64,000 nt of DNA from an uncultured Roseovarius sp. (GCA_964010045.1 CAXGIB010000002.1:81917-145916), one strand, 5' to 3'; positions 1 to 8,712 are shown, numbered from the stretch's first letter. The notes: generated by a model not told the origin, from the letters alone. Numbers and translations are program-made.

Positions 1-20
1 GTCATGGGTCTTTCCTCCTT

Positions 21-989
21 TCAGCGGCGGTATGTCGGGGCCCGTGCGGCCAGCGGCCTGTCGCGCACCGTCTCGCGCCAGAGCAGATAGAGCCCTGATC
101 CGATGATCAGCGCAATGCCGATCCAGGCCGTGGCGTCGGGCCAGGTGCCGAAGACGGTGATCCCCCAGAGGATCGCCAGCGGCATGGCGGCATATTCGAA
201 CGGCGCGGCAAAGGCGGCCTCGGACAGCCGGTAGGCCTGGCTGATGAAGAGCCCGCCGAAAAGCCCGGTAATCCCGATCGCGATCAGGATCGGGTAATCG
301 GCGGTCGCGGGCCAGTTCCAGGCGCGGAAGAGAAATTCGAGAGAGGGATGCCCCGATCCGGCAAAGCGCCCGTCGCCCAGCCCGAGGCCGATGAGCGCGC
401 TGGCCAGGAGAAAGGTGAACTGGATATGGACCGCCATGGTCGGCGCGCTCTCGGTGCCGCCGATCCGGCGGGTGAGCATGTGCAGCGTGGCATAGAGCAC
501 CGCCGCCGCCACGGGCAGGAGCGCGGCCCCCTGGAAGGCCGCCGTGCCCGGCTTGACGATGACGAGGACACCGACGAATCCCACCGCGATCGCCGCCCAT
601 CGGCGCGGGCCCACGCTCTCGCGCAGGAAGATCACCGAGAAAAGCGTGATGATCAGCGGCGAGACGAAGAAGATCGCCGTGGCATCCGCGATGGGCAGCG
701 CCGCAAGGCCCAGGAACAGGCACATGTTGGCCGCCACCACGCAGAGCCCGCGCAAGAGATGCATCAGCGGACGCCGCGTGCGCAGCACGGACAGCCCGCC
801 GACAAAGGGCATGACAAGGCAGAAAAAGACCACGAGCGCCACCAGCGCGCGGATGAACACCACCTGGTGCAGCGCATAGCCGCCCGAGAGGAACTTGATC
901 GCCACGTCATTGACCGAAAAGCACATTACCGCCGCAAGCGCATAGGCGGCACCGGAAAGATTGGCGCGGTGCAAGGCGGCGGTGGTCAT
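21..989 (-). CDS. EamA/DMT-family transporter permease
   Basis: 322-aa ORF that is hydrophobic throughout, with about 10 helices. The N-terminus AAYALAAVMCFSVNDVAIKF and the two-halves architecture are typical of EamA/RhaT. An AAGGAGG plus ATG of a further minus-strand gene sits at nt 1-20 and leaves the window. Confidence 0.85.
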   Translation of the reverse strand: MTTAALHRANLSGAAYALAAVMCFSVNDVAIKFLSGGYALHQVVFIRALVALVVFFCLVMPFVGGLSVLRTRRPLMHLLRGLCVVAANMCLFLGLAALPIADATAIFFVSPLIITLFSVIFLRESVGPRRWAAIAVGFVGVLVIVKPGTAAFQGAALLPVAAAVLYATLHMLTRRIGGTESAPTMAVHIQFTFLLASALIGLGLGDGRFAGSGHPSLEFLFRAWNWPATADYPILIAIGITGLFGGLFISQAYRLSEAAFAAPFEYAAMPLAILWGITVFGTWPDATAWIGIALIIGSGLYLLWRETVRDRPLAARAPTYRR

Positions 990-998
990 GGCGGCCCT

Positions 999-1451
999 TC
1001 AGGGGTGGCGGGCAGCCTCGCGCACGGCCCGCTCCAGCGCGTCGAGGAAACGCGACCGGTCCGCCTTTGTAAACCCCTTGCCGCCGCCCTGCCGGAACGG
1101 ATCGGCGGCGCGCAGGTCTGCCATCAGGTCGCGCGTGGCCAGCACGTTGCCGATATTCGCGCGCGTCAGCGCCTCGCCATTGTGCCTTATCACCAGCGCC
1201 CCCGCCTCGACGCATTTCGCCGCGAGGGGAATGTCACCCGTCACCACAACGTCGCCAGGCCCCGCGCGCCCGGCGATCCACATGTCCGCCACGTCCGGGC
1301 CGTCGGGCACGATCACCGTTTCGACCAGAGGGTTGCGCGACGGGCGCAGCCCCCCGTTGGAGACAAGCACCATCCGCAGCCCGTGCCGCGTGGCCACCCG
1401 CTCGGCCTCGTCCTTGACCGGACAGGCATCGGCGTCGATGTAGAGGGTCAT
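999..1451 (-). CDS. YaiI/YqxD (DUF188, UPF0178) family protein
   Basis: 150-aa ORF. The N-terminus [15 protein letters not shown] and the segment [12 protein letters not shown] match the conserved DUF188 pattern. Confidence 0.85.
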   Translation of the reverse strand: MTLYIDADACPVKDEAERVATRHGLRMVLVSNGGLRPSRNPLVETVIVPDGPDVADMWIAGRAGPGDVVVTGDIPLAAKCVEAGALVIRHNGEALTRANIGNVLATRDLMADLRAADPFRQGGGKGFTKADRSRFLDALERAVREAARHP

Positions 1452-1570
1452 GATTACTCCTTGTCCGGCGGGGCCACGCGATCACATCCGCGACAGCGCC
1501 TCCGCCCGTCCTACAAATTCTCCGCGGCACCGTCTATGACTGCGACCGGACCAGACGCAAGGAGACCGCC

Positions 1571-2146
1571 ATGCCCTTCCTCCCCAGCCTTCCCGATCCC
1601 GCGCATCTGAGCGATCTCTACGCGCGCTTCCCCGAGAACGTGCAGCCGCTCATGGTCCATACCGATGGTCTCTTGCGCGGCGCGGGCGCGCTGAGCGTGG
1701 GCGAGCGCGAGCTGACCGCCACCTATGTCTCGGCCCTCAACGCCTGCACCTTCTGCACCGGTTCGCATCGCGTCTATGCCAAGATGTTCGGCATCGACGC
1801 GGGGATCATCGACGCGCTGATCGAGGATTTCGACACCGCGCCCGTGGATGAGCGGCTGCGCCCCGTCCTGTCCCATGTGGCCAAGCTCAACACCCTGCCG
1901 AGCAGGCTTGTGGAGCGGGACGCGCAGGCGGTCTATGACGCGGGCTGGTCCGAGGCCGCGCTTTACGAGGCGGTGCAGATCTGCGCGCTCTTCAACATGA
2001 TGAACCGGATCGTCGAGGGGACAGGGATCAATTTCGACCATGCCGCCGCGCCCGGCGGGCATCCCGCCGCCGGATCGAGCCCCGAGGAGCAGGCGGACAG
2101 CTATTCGAAATTCGGCGAGACGGTCGCCGCGATGGCGAAAGGCTGA
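1571..2146 (+). CDS. AhpD-like / carboxymuconolactone decarboxylase-family peroxidase-related protein
   Basis: 191 aa with the CxxC-H motif CTFCTGSH characteristic of AhpD-like proteins. AGGAGA lies upstream of the ATG. Confidence 0.8.
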   Translation: MPFLPSLPDPAHLSDLYARFPENVQPLMVHTDGLLRGAGALSVGERELTATYVSALNACTFCTGSHRVYAKMFGIDAGIIDALIEDFDTAPVDERLRPVLSHVAKLNTLPSRLVERDAQAVYDAGWSEAALYEAVQICALFNMMNRIVEGTGINFDHAAAPGGHPAAGSSPEEQADSYSKFGETVAAMAKG

Positions 2147-2149
2147 GCG

Positions 2150-2356
2150 GTGATCGTCATCGCGGGCCTGATCGTCGCTTTCGTCCTCGTGGCGGTGTTT
2201 TCCAACCGCGCCACGCGCGGTTGTCGCTGGCGGGAATACCGCGCCAGCGGGTGTGACCTGCGCACCCGCTGGCAGTGCGCGGCCTGCGGCGCGGAGGTCT
2301 TTACAGGCGACGGCACCGCGCCCAAGGTCTGCCATGCCCCGCAAAGAAACGGATAG
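2150..2356 (+). CDS. Hypothetical small membrane-anchored Cys-rich protein
   Basis: 68 codons with a GTG start 4 nt after the upstream stop. One hydrophobic helix (IVIAGLIVAFVLVAVF) is followed by 5 Cys, including CAAC. GC3 looks coding. It overlaps the next gene start by 23 nt. Confidence 0.5.
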   Translation: MIVIAGLIVAFVLVAVFSNRATRGCRWREYRASGCDLRTRWQCAACGAEVFTGDGTAPKVCHAPQRNG

Positions 2357-3305
2357 CGCCGTGACCCAGGCCCCCGCCGATGCCGATGCCCGCCGCGCGA
2401 TCCCGCCGGTGATCTGCTACCCGAACGAGACGCTGCCCCGCCCCGATCTCGGGCTTTACCGAGCCGCGCGCGAGGGGGCGGAAAAGCTGGCCGAGGTGGT
2501 CGTGCCCCCGCGCGAGGCGGCCTGCTTTCGCGTGGGTGCCGGGCAGGTCTTTCGGATCAGCAGCGTCGAGGGGCCGCAGGTGGGCGATCTCAACCTGTGG
2601 AACGCGCATGACCTGTCCGAGCGGTTCTATTCCGGCAAGACGCGCGCGTTGCACGGCACCCATGTCAGCACCGGCGAGCGGCTCTGGTCCTCCTTTCCGC
2701 ATCTGCGCCCGATGGCCACCATCATTGAGGACACGCTGGAATGGTACGGGATGGACGAACACGGCGGCTCGGTCCATGACGTGATCGGCACGCGCTGCGA
2801 TCCCTATACCGGCAACCTTCTGTCAGGCGTGCCGTATCACCATTGCTGCCATTCCAACCTGACGCGCGCGCTGGCGGATGAGCTGGGGGTGTCGCTCTCG
2901 GAGGCGGAGGGGCATGTGCATGACGTGCTCAACGTCTTCATGTGCACCGGCTTCACCCGCGACACGGGGCAGTATTTCATGAAGGCAAGCCCCGTGCGCC
3001 CCGGCGATTACCTGGAATTCTTCGCCGGGATAGACCTTCTCGGGGCCCTGAGCGCCTGTCCGGGCGGGGATTGTTCGGCGGAGCACACGCGCGACACGGC
3101 GGCGTGTTTCCCGCTGCTGGTCGAGGTCTTCGCGCCCGCTGCCGATGCGCTGACGGGCTGGGAAAGCCCGCCGCGCAACGGCTATGACCGGAGTCACGGG
3201 CACCAGGGGGCGATGCGCCCCCCGCGCCCCGCTCAGAACGGCTTGCGCCAGGCAAGCGCCAGAACCCAGTCCGTCTTGGACTGCACCCCGTTGAGATCCT
3301 GGTAG
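2334..3305 (+). CDS. DUF1989 (urea carboxylase-associated) family protein
   Basis: I chose the internal ATG at 2334 of ORF 2253..3305. The segments VGDLNLWNAHD, ERFYSGKTR, THVSTG and DVLNVFMC resemble the DUF1989 family. The C-terminal tail runs 72 nt into the convergent gene. Confidence 0.78.
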   Translation: MPRKETDSAVTQAPADADARRAIPPVICYPNETLPRPDLGLYRAAREGAEKLAEVVVPPREAACFRVGAGQVFRISSVEGPQVGDLNLWNAHDLSERFYSGKTRALHGTHVSTGERLWSSFPHLRPMATIIEDTLEWYGMDEHGGSVHDVIGTRCDPYTGNLLSGVPYHHCCHSNLTRALADELGVSLSEAEGHVHDVLNVFMCTGFTRDTGQYFMKASPVRPGDYLEFFAGIDLLGALSACPGGDCSAEHTRDTAACFPLLVEVFAPAADALTGWESPPRNGYDRSHGHQGAMRPPRPAQNGLRQASARTQSVLDCTPLRSW

Positions 3306-4354
3306 AGCGGCAGGCCGAGTTCCAGCCCGATGCGATGCCCCTTCAGGGCCCCCCGTTTCGGCGCGATGTCGGCCCCGGCGTGCAGCGTTATGTAATGCCC
3401 GCCGTAATTGCGCGGATCGGCCCCGAGCGACGGTCCCATGATCTGCGGGTCGCGCCCGTGGATGCGGTCGGCATAGCGGTATTCCAGGCGGGCCGAATAG
3501 CTGATCCAGGGGGCGGCACGATAGCTCAGCCAGCCGCTGAGCGCCGCCTCGTGGCCAAGCCGGTAATCCTCGTCATTCTCTCCAAGGCGCAGGATGGCGC
3601 GCACCTGCCCGCCCCAGTTGACCGGCCCGCGCCCGTTTTCCCATGTCAGCGCGGGGTGCAGGTCATGGGTGCCCGAGCCAAGCTGCATCGAATAGGCCAG
3701 CCGCATCTCGGGCGTCGTGCCCATCGGGCTGAGCATCCGCCCGGTTTCGGTGATCGAGCCGGTGGGCAGGCTGAGACCGAGCCCGAAGGTCACGCGGCTG
3801 CGTCCCTTGTCACGCAGCGACCAGAGCGCGCCGAGACGGATGTCGCCCAGGCCATCGGTCCTGGCGGTGCTCTCGCCCAGAACCGTGGTGCCGACGGGGC
3901 CGGCATAGGTGCGCATCGTCATGGACTTGCGCAGATAGGGCACCATGCCCATGAGCGTCAGGCGGTCGCTTGCGCCATACATGGCCCCCAGCATATGCAT
4001 CTCGCCGGTCATCTCGACCGGGGCCATGCGGATCGTGGGCGGCTGGCCGGGCATGCCGGCAAAGGCATTGGGGACGGTGGTGACAAGCGCCGTCTCGCCA
4101 AGATCGTCGGTGCCGGAGCGGATGCCCGACATGGCCATCGCGCCCAGCCGATAGATCAGCACCACGCGCCCTTGCGGGATCTGGTGACGGCCCGGCAGGC
4201 CCACGGGGCCGTGGCGGTGCATGTGGTGCGGTCCGTGCGCGTGCGCCATCGCGCCATCGGCCTGCATGGTCATTGGCGGCATGGTCTGGGCGGCGGCGGC
4301 ATGGGCCAGCAGCCCGGCGCAGACCAGCGCCGCGCCAAGGGATCTTTTCAGCAT
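3233..4354 (-). CDS. Outer-membrane beta-barrel protein (Phenol_MetA_deg-like transporter) with Met/His-rich N-terminal segment
   Basis: Internal ATG at 4354 preceded by GGAAGGA. Signal peptide MLKRSLGAALVCAGLLAHAAAAQ, then MPPMTMQADGAMAHAHGPHHMHRHGP. The rest shows alternating beta-strand character and a C-terminal ...AWRKPF aromatic end. Confidence 0.7.
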   Translation of the reverse strand: MLKRSLGAALVCAGLLAHAAAAQTMPPMTMQADGAMAHAHGPHHMHRHGPVGLPGRHQIPQGRVVLIYRLGAMAMSGIRSGTDDLGETALVTTVPNAFAGMPGQPPTIRMAPVEMTGEMHMLGAMYGASDRLTLMGMVPYLRKSMTMRTYAGPVGTTVLGESTARTDGLGDIRLGALWSLRDKGRSRVTFGLGLSLPTGSITETGRMLSPMGTTPEMRLAYSMQLGSGTHDLHPALTWENGRGPVNWGGQVRAILRLGENDEDYRLGHEAALSGWLSYRAAPWISYSARLEYRYADRIHGRDPQIMGPSLGADPRNYGGHYITLHAGADIAPKRGALKGHRIGLELGLPLYQDLNGVQSKTDWVLALAWRKPF

Positions 4355-4424
4355 TCTGTCATCCTTCCGTATCGGGCGCGCGCGGGGCGGCCCGGTGATC
4401 TGTTCGCTTGGTGTCAGGGGCAGA

Positions 4425-4805
4425 TCAGGCGGCGGGCGGGGCGCGGGGCCGGTGCGCGGCGGCCGGACGCGCCGCGATGCGCGCCCGGTGCTCGGGACGG
4501 GAAGGGAACGGAACGGGGGGTTCGGCAAGAAGCGGAACGTCGGACTCGGGCAGGGCGAGCGCGGCGGTGATGCCGAAGGCGGGGCAGGGATCGTGCGCGT
4601 GGTCCTGCGCGGGGTCCGCGGGGCCGCCGCCGATGGGGATATAGACGATTTCCGCCCCGGTGCAGATCGCCATCATGCCGGGGCCGGGTGCGCCGCCCGC
4701 CATGACCAGCGGCAGGGCCACGACGCGCACCGCAACCACCAGCGCCAGCAGCATCGCCGCCGTGGCGCGCGCCCGGTTCCTGCGCATCCTTGGTCTTCCC
4801 GGCAT
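4425..4805 (-). CDS. Hypothetical membrane-anchored protein, DUF2946-like (ICxG...PCPxF pattern)
   Basis: 126 aa with an Arg-rich N-terminus and a TM helix (AAMLLALVVAVRVVALPLV). It then has MAICTGAEIVYIP...DHAHDPCPAFG. It lies directly upstream of the Met/His-rich barrel on the same strand. Family assignment is from memory of the motif only. Confidence 0.5.
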   Translation of the reverse strand: MPGRPRMRRNRARATAAMLLALVVAVRVVALPLVMAGGAPGPGMMAICTGAEIVYIPIGGGPADPAQDHAHDPCPAFGITAALALPESDVPLLAEPPVPFPSRPEHRARIAARPAAAHRPRAPPAA

Positions 4806-4907
4806 GTCGCTCCCTGTTTCTGGCCGGTTACTGCGTGATCACGAAGTTGTGAAGCCGCAAGATGTCACGCGCCGGTTTTGTCGCAGGCCGTCCGCGACTC
4901 CACAAAA

Positions 4908-4922
4908 GAACAAAACGTGAAT
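4908..4922 (+). promoter_or_regulatory. Putative LexA (SOS) box, GAAC-N7-GAAT (one mismatch to alphaproteobacterial GAAC-N7-GAAC)
   Basis: GAACAAAACGTGAAT lies 36 nt upstream of the dnaE2 ATG in an AT-richer patch. It shares GAACAAAA...GAA with the perfect box upstream of imuB. Confidence 0.55.
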
Positions 4923-4957
4923 ATTGTCGTGCGAAAGCTGCCTGCTCGAATCGCCCG

Positions 4958-7846
4958 ATGATGTTCGCCGAACTCTGCGCCATGTCGAATTTCACCTTCC
5001 TCACCGGGGCGTCCCACCCCGAGGAATACATCGAGCGTGCCGCCGCGCTGGGCCTTGCCGGTGTGGCGATTGCCGATGTGAATTCCGTGGCCGGCATCGT
5101 GCGCGCCCATGCCCGCGCGCGAGAGATCGCAGGCGAGGTGCGCGCGCGGCAGGCGCGCGAGGCGCGGGAGGGGCCGATAGGCCCGCCCGCCCCGCACCCT
5201 GCACCCCCCGGCTGGGGCAACACCCCCCACCTCATCCCCGCCGCGCGGCTGGTGCTGCGCGACGGGCTCACGCTCACCGCCCTGCCCGAAGACCGGCCGG
5301 GCTGGGCGCGGCTCTGCCGGCTCCTGACTCTGGGGCGACGGCGCGCCGCAAAGGGCGGCTGCGATCTGGGGCTTGCCGATGTGCTGGAAGGGGCGGCGGG
5401 GCTGCATCTCATCCTGCATCCCGAGAGCGCGCCCGGCTGGCAGGATCAGGCGCGGCAGATCAAGGCCCGCCTCGGCGGCCGGCTGCACCTGCTCCTGCGC
5501 CCGCATTACGACGGGCGCGATCCGGCGCGCTTCGACCGGCTGGCGCGGGTTGCCGCGCGGCTGGGCCTGCCCACGGTGGCCGCCGCCTGTCCGCTGATGC
5601 ACCGGGCCGGACGCCGCCGCCTGGCGGATGTGCTGAGCGCGATCCGGCTCGGTGTCACGGTGGACCGGCTGGGCCGCCATGCCCTGCTCAATGCCGAGAC
5701 GCGCCTGCGGTCCGAGGCCGAGATGCGCCGCCTGTTCGCGGGGCATGAGGACGCGGTGGACCGTGCCGCGGCGCTGGCCGCGCGGCTGACCTTCTCGCTC
5801 GACGAGCTGCGCCACGATTACCCGAGCGAGGCGGAGGGCTTTGAGTCCCCCACCGCGCGGTTGCGGCGGCTGGCCGAGGACGGGCTGAACTGGCGCTATC
5901 CGCAGGGCGCGCCTGCTCGCGTGCGCGCGATGATGGAGCATGAATTGGCGCTGATCGCCAAGCTGCGGTATGAGCCCTATTTCCTGACCGTCAACGATGT
6001 GGTGGGTTTTGCCCGGTCGCGCGGCATCCTGTGCCAGGGGCGCGGGTCGGCGGCCAATTCGGTGGTCTGCTACTGCCTTGGCGTGACCTCGGTCAGCCCC
6101 GAGGTGGGCACCATGGTCTTCGAGCGGTTCGTGTCCGAGGCCCGCGACGAGCCGCCCGATATCGACGTGGATTTCGAGCATGAGCGCCGCGAGGAGGTGA
6201 TCCAGTGGATCTATGAGCGCTACGGGCGCGAGCGTGCGGGGCTCTGCGCCACGGTGATCCATTACCGCGCCAAGCGCGCCATCCGCGAGGTGGGCCGCGC
6301 CATGGGCCTGTCGGAGGATCTGCTCTCGGCCATGTCGTCGCAGATCTGGGGGGCGGGCAGCCCGCGCCGCCCCGAGGCCGCGCGGCTGGCCGAGATCGGG
6401 CTCGACCTGCGCGACCGCCGCCTTGCCCTGACGCTTGCGCTGGTGGACGAGATCATCGGCTTTCCCCGTCACCTGAGCCAGCATGTCGGCGGCTTCGTCA
6501 TCGCCGAGGGGCGGCTCGACGAGCTGGTGCCCATCGAGAACGCCGCGATGGAGGCGCGCACGGTGATCTGCTGGGACAAGGACGATATCGACTGCCTGGG
6601 CATCCTCAAGGTCGATGTGCTGGCGCTCGGGATGCTGAGCTGTCTGCGCCGCGCCTTCGACCTTCTGGCAGAGTATCGCGGCGTGCGGCAGGACCTTGCC
6701 AGCCTGCCGCCCGACGACCCGAAAGTGTATGAAATGCTGGGGCGTGCCGACAGTCTGGGCGTGTTCCAGGTGGAAAGCCGCGCGCAGATGAATTTCCTGC
6801 CCCGGATGCGGCCGCGCTGCTTCTACGACCTGGTGATCCAGGTGGCGATCATTCGCCCCGGTCCCATCCAGGGCGACATGGTGCATCCCTATATCCGCAG
6901 GCGGAACGGCGAGGAGCCGGTTGCGTTCCCCTCCGACGAGCTGGGGCGCGTTCTGGGCAAGACGCTGGGCGTGCCGCTCTTTCAGGAACAGGCGATGCAG
7001 ATCGCCATCATCGGTGCGGGTTTCACCCCCGAGGAGGCCGACCGCCTGCGCCGGTCGCTCGCCACGTTCAAGAAGCACGGCAATGTCAGCGCGTTTCGCG
7101 CGCGGTTCCTGAAGGGCATGCGCGCCAATGGCCATGACATGGATTTCGCCGAACGGTGCTTCAGCCAGATCGAGGGGTTCGGCAGCTACGGCTTTCCCGA
7201 GAGCCACGCGGCCAGCTTTGCCCTGCTGGTCTATGCCAGCGCCTGGATCAAGTGCCATCATCCGGCGATCTTTGCCTGCGCGCTTCTCAATGCACAGCCG
7301 ATGGGGTTCTATGCCCCCGCGCAGATCGTGCGCGATGCGCGCGAGCACGGGGTGGAGGTGCGGCCCGTCTGCGTCAACGCCTCGTGCTGGGACAACACGC
7401 TGGAACCGGACGGGCGCGGCGGGCTGGCGCTGCGGCTGGGGTTCCGGCAGGTGCGGGGGCTGGGCCGTGACGAGGCCGACTGGATCGCGGCGGCGCGCGG
7501 CAACGGCTATCTTGGCCCCGAGGATCTGTGGCGGCGCGCGGGGCTTGCGCCCGCGCTCATCGCCCGGCTGGCCGAGGCCGATGCCTTTGCCGCCTGCGGC
7601 CTCTCGCGGCGCGATGCGCTCTGGCAGGCGCGCGCGATCCGCAGCCCCGATCCGCTGCCGCTCTTCGCGCGCGACCTGGATGGCGAGGGGATCGAAGAGC
7701 CCGCCGCCCGCCTGCCCGCGATGAGCGCGGGCGAGGAGGTGATCGAGGATTATGCCGCGCTGCGCCTGAGCCTGCGCGCGCATCCGCTGGCGCTCTTGCG
7801 GCCGCTTCTCAGCCCGTCCGGGGATCATGGACAATCGCGCGCGTAG
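4958..7846 (+). CDS. dnaE2: Error-prone DNA polymerase DnaE2 (ImuC), apparently lacking the C-terminal OB-fold region
   Basis: PHP-domain N-terminus FAELCAMSNFTFLTGASHPEE, then GRGSAANSVVCYCLGVT and FQEQAMQIA. Pol III alpha-like throughout. It ends about 10 aa after the conserved LRLSLRAHPLALLRP segment, so 962 aa versus the roughly 1030-1100 aa I recall for DnaE2. Confidence 0.9.
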   Translation: MMFAELCAMSNFTFLTGASHPEEYIERAAALGLAGVAIADVNSVAGIVRAHARAREIAGEVRARQAREAREGPIGPPAPHPAPPGWGNTPHLIPAARLVLRDGLTLTALPEDRPGWARLCRLLTLGRRRAAKGGCDLGLADVLEGAAGLHLILHPESAPGWQDQARQIKARLGGRLHLLLRPHYDGRDPARFDRLARVAARLGLPTVAAACPLMHRAGRRRLADVLSAIRLGVTVDRLGRHALLNAETRLRSEAEMRRLFAGHEDAVDRAAALAARLTFSLDELRHDYPSEAEGFESPTARLRRLAEDGLNWRYPQGAPARVRAMMEHELALIAKLRYEPYFLTVNDVVGFARSRGILCQGRGSAANSVVCYCLGVTSVSPEVGTMVFERFVSEARDEPPDIDVDFEHERREEVIQWIYERYGRERAGLCATVIHYRAKRAIREVGRAMGLSEDLLSAMSSQIWGAGSPRRPEAARLAEIGLDLRDRRLALTLALVDEIIGFPRHLSQHVGGFVIAEGRLDELVPIENAAMEARTVICWDKDDIDCLGILKVDVLALGMLSCLRRAFDLLAEYRGVRQDLASLPPDDPKVYEMLGRADSLGVFQVESRAQMNFLPRMRPRCFYDLVIQVAIIRPGPIQGDMVHPYIRRRNGEEPVAFPSDELGRVLGKTLGVPLFQEQAMQIAIIGAGFTPEEADRLRRSLATFKKHGNVSAFRARFLKGMRANGHDMDFAERCFSQIEGFGSYGFPESHAASFALLVYASAWIKCHHPAIFACALLNAQPMGFYAPAQIVRDAREHGVEVRPVCVNASCWDNTLEPDGRGGLALRLGFRQVRGLGRDEADWIAAARGNGYLGPEDLWRRAGLAPALIARLAEADAFAACGLSRRDALWQARAIRSPDPLPLFARDLDGEGIEEPAARLPAMSAGEEVIEDYAALRLSLRAHPLALLRPLLSPSGDHGQSRA

Positions 7847-7887
7847 CGGAAATACTCGGACCACATCCACCAGACCGGGAGAGCCCC

Positions 7888-8124
7888 ATGCGCTGCGTCT
7901 TCGTCAATATCCGCTGCAAGCCCGGCCAGTCCTATCGCGTGGCCGAGGCGATCGCGCTGCGCGAGATCCATTCGGAGCTCTACTCGACCTCCGGTCCCTT
8001 CGACCTTCTGCTCAAGCTCTACATTCCCGAGGACGCGGATATCGGCAAATACATCAATGACAACCTGCTCGACATCGAGGGCATCGAGCGGACCGAGACG
8101 ACGCTGACCTTCAAGGCGTTCTGA
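7888..8124 (+). CDS. Lrp/AsnC ligand-binding (RAM) domain-only protein
   Basis: 78 aa. Segments MRCVFVNIRCKPG...VAEAIALREIHSELYSTSGPFDLLLKL match the stand-alone AsnC_trans_reg domain. GGGAGAG lies upstream. Confidence 0.8.
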   Translation: MRCVFVNIRCKPGQSYRVAEAIALREIHSELYSTSGPFDLLLKLYIPEDADIGKYINDNLLDIEGIERTETTLTFKAF

Positions 8125-8164
8125 CCTGACCGCCGGTCGCACCGCGATCCATCACCCGAGCACG

Positions 8165-8200
8165 AAAAACGGCGGCCCGCTTGTGCGGGCCGCCCCATTC
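8165..8200. terminator. Bidirectional rho-independent terminator hairpin
   Basis: AAAAAC-GGCGGCCCGC-ttgt-GCGGGCCGCC gives a 10-bp perfect stem between convergent genes. There is a T-tract (GTTTTTCG) on the minus strand and a weaker one on plus. Confidence 0.6.
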
Positions 8201-8218
8201 TCTACCGGATATCCGGGA

Positions 8219-8557
8219 TCAGTTGGTGGTCGTGGTCGAGCTCGAGCCGCCGCCCGAGGCCGCCGCAGCGATCACCGCAACAACAACGGTCCCGAGAGCC
8301 ACTGCCCCTGCCGTTCCAAGCCCGCCGGAAAGATCCCCGGCGGCGGCATTGCGGCAGGTGACTTCAAGAAGCGTCCCGCCATCGGTGAACTGGGCGCTGA
8401 CGACCCCTGCACCGTTGCAGGCGTTGATCCGATTCGCCATCTCGAGCGCGGACTCGTTCCCGATGCGCGTGGCACCGTTTTGCGCCATTGCGGGCATAAT
8501 CGAGGAAGCGCCGATAATCGCGGCGAAGATGAACGTTCCGAATTTCTTCATGGCCAT
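8219..8557 (-). CDS. Hypothetical small secreted/anchored protein
   Basis: Internal ATG preceded by AGAGGGA. Signal peptide MAMKKFGTFIFAAIIGASSIMPAMAQ, a two-Cys core, then a Gly-rich hydrophobic C-terminal helix and a tail ending GGGSSSTTTTN. Confidence 0.55.
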   Translation of the reverse strand: MAMKKFGTFIFAAIIGASSIMPAMAQNGATRIGNESALEMANRINACNGAGVVSAQFTDGGTLLEVTCRNAAAGDLSGGLGTAGAVALGTVVVAVIAAAASGGGSSSTTTTN

Positions 8558-8712
8558 GAATCCCTCTGAGGTGACGTGCCTCTTATACCGCGATGTGCGT
8601 CGAGCGCAAAGGTTGAAATCGGCCTGTATCCGCGATCTGGCGCATTTCGTTGCATTGCGGCATGTCCTTGCCGAGCATCGGCTGCCCGGCCCTTGCTCAG
8701 CGCCTGTCGCCG

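Noticed and set aside
3233-3305. Convergent gene-end overlaps: 72 nt at 3233-3305, 20 nt at 16667-16686 and 17 nt at 31951-31967.
   Set aside because: Stop codons are rare in this GC-rich DNA, so C-terminal tails often run into the neighbouring convergent gene. This is not evidence of a functional antisense arrangement.
4865-7870. A 1001-aa ORF on the minus strand, fully antisense to dnaE2.
   Set aside because: This is a typical high-GC shadow ORF. It is Arg/Ala/Gly/Pro-rich and low in complexity, with no recognisable domains. The plus-strand frame has unambiguous Pol III alpha/DnaE2 motifs.
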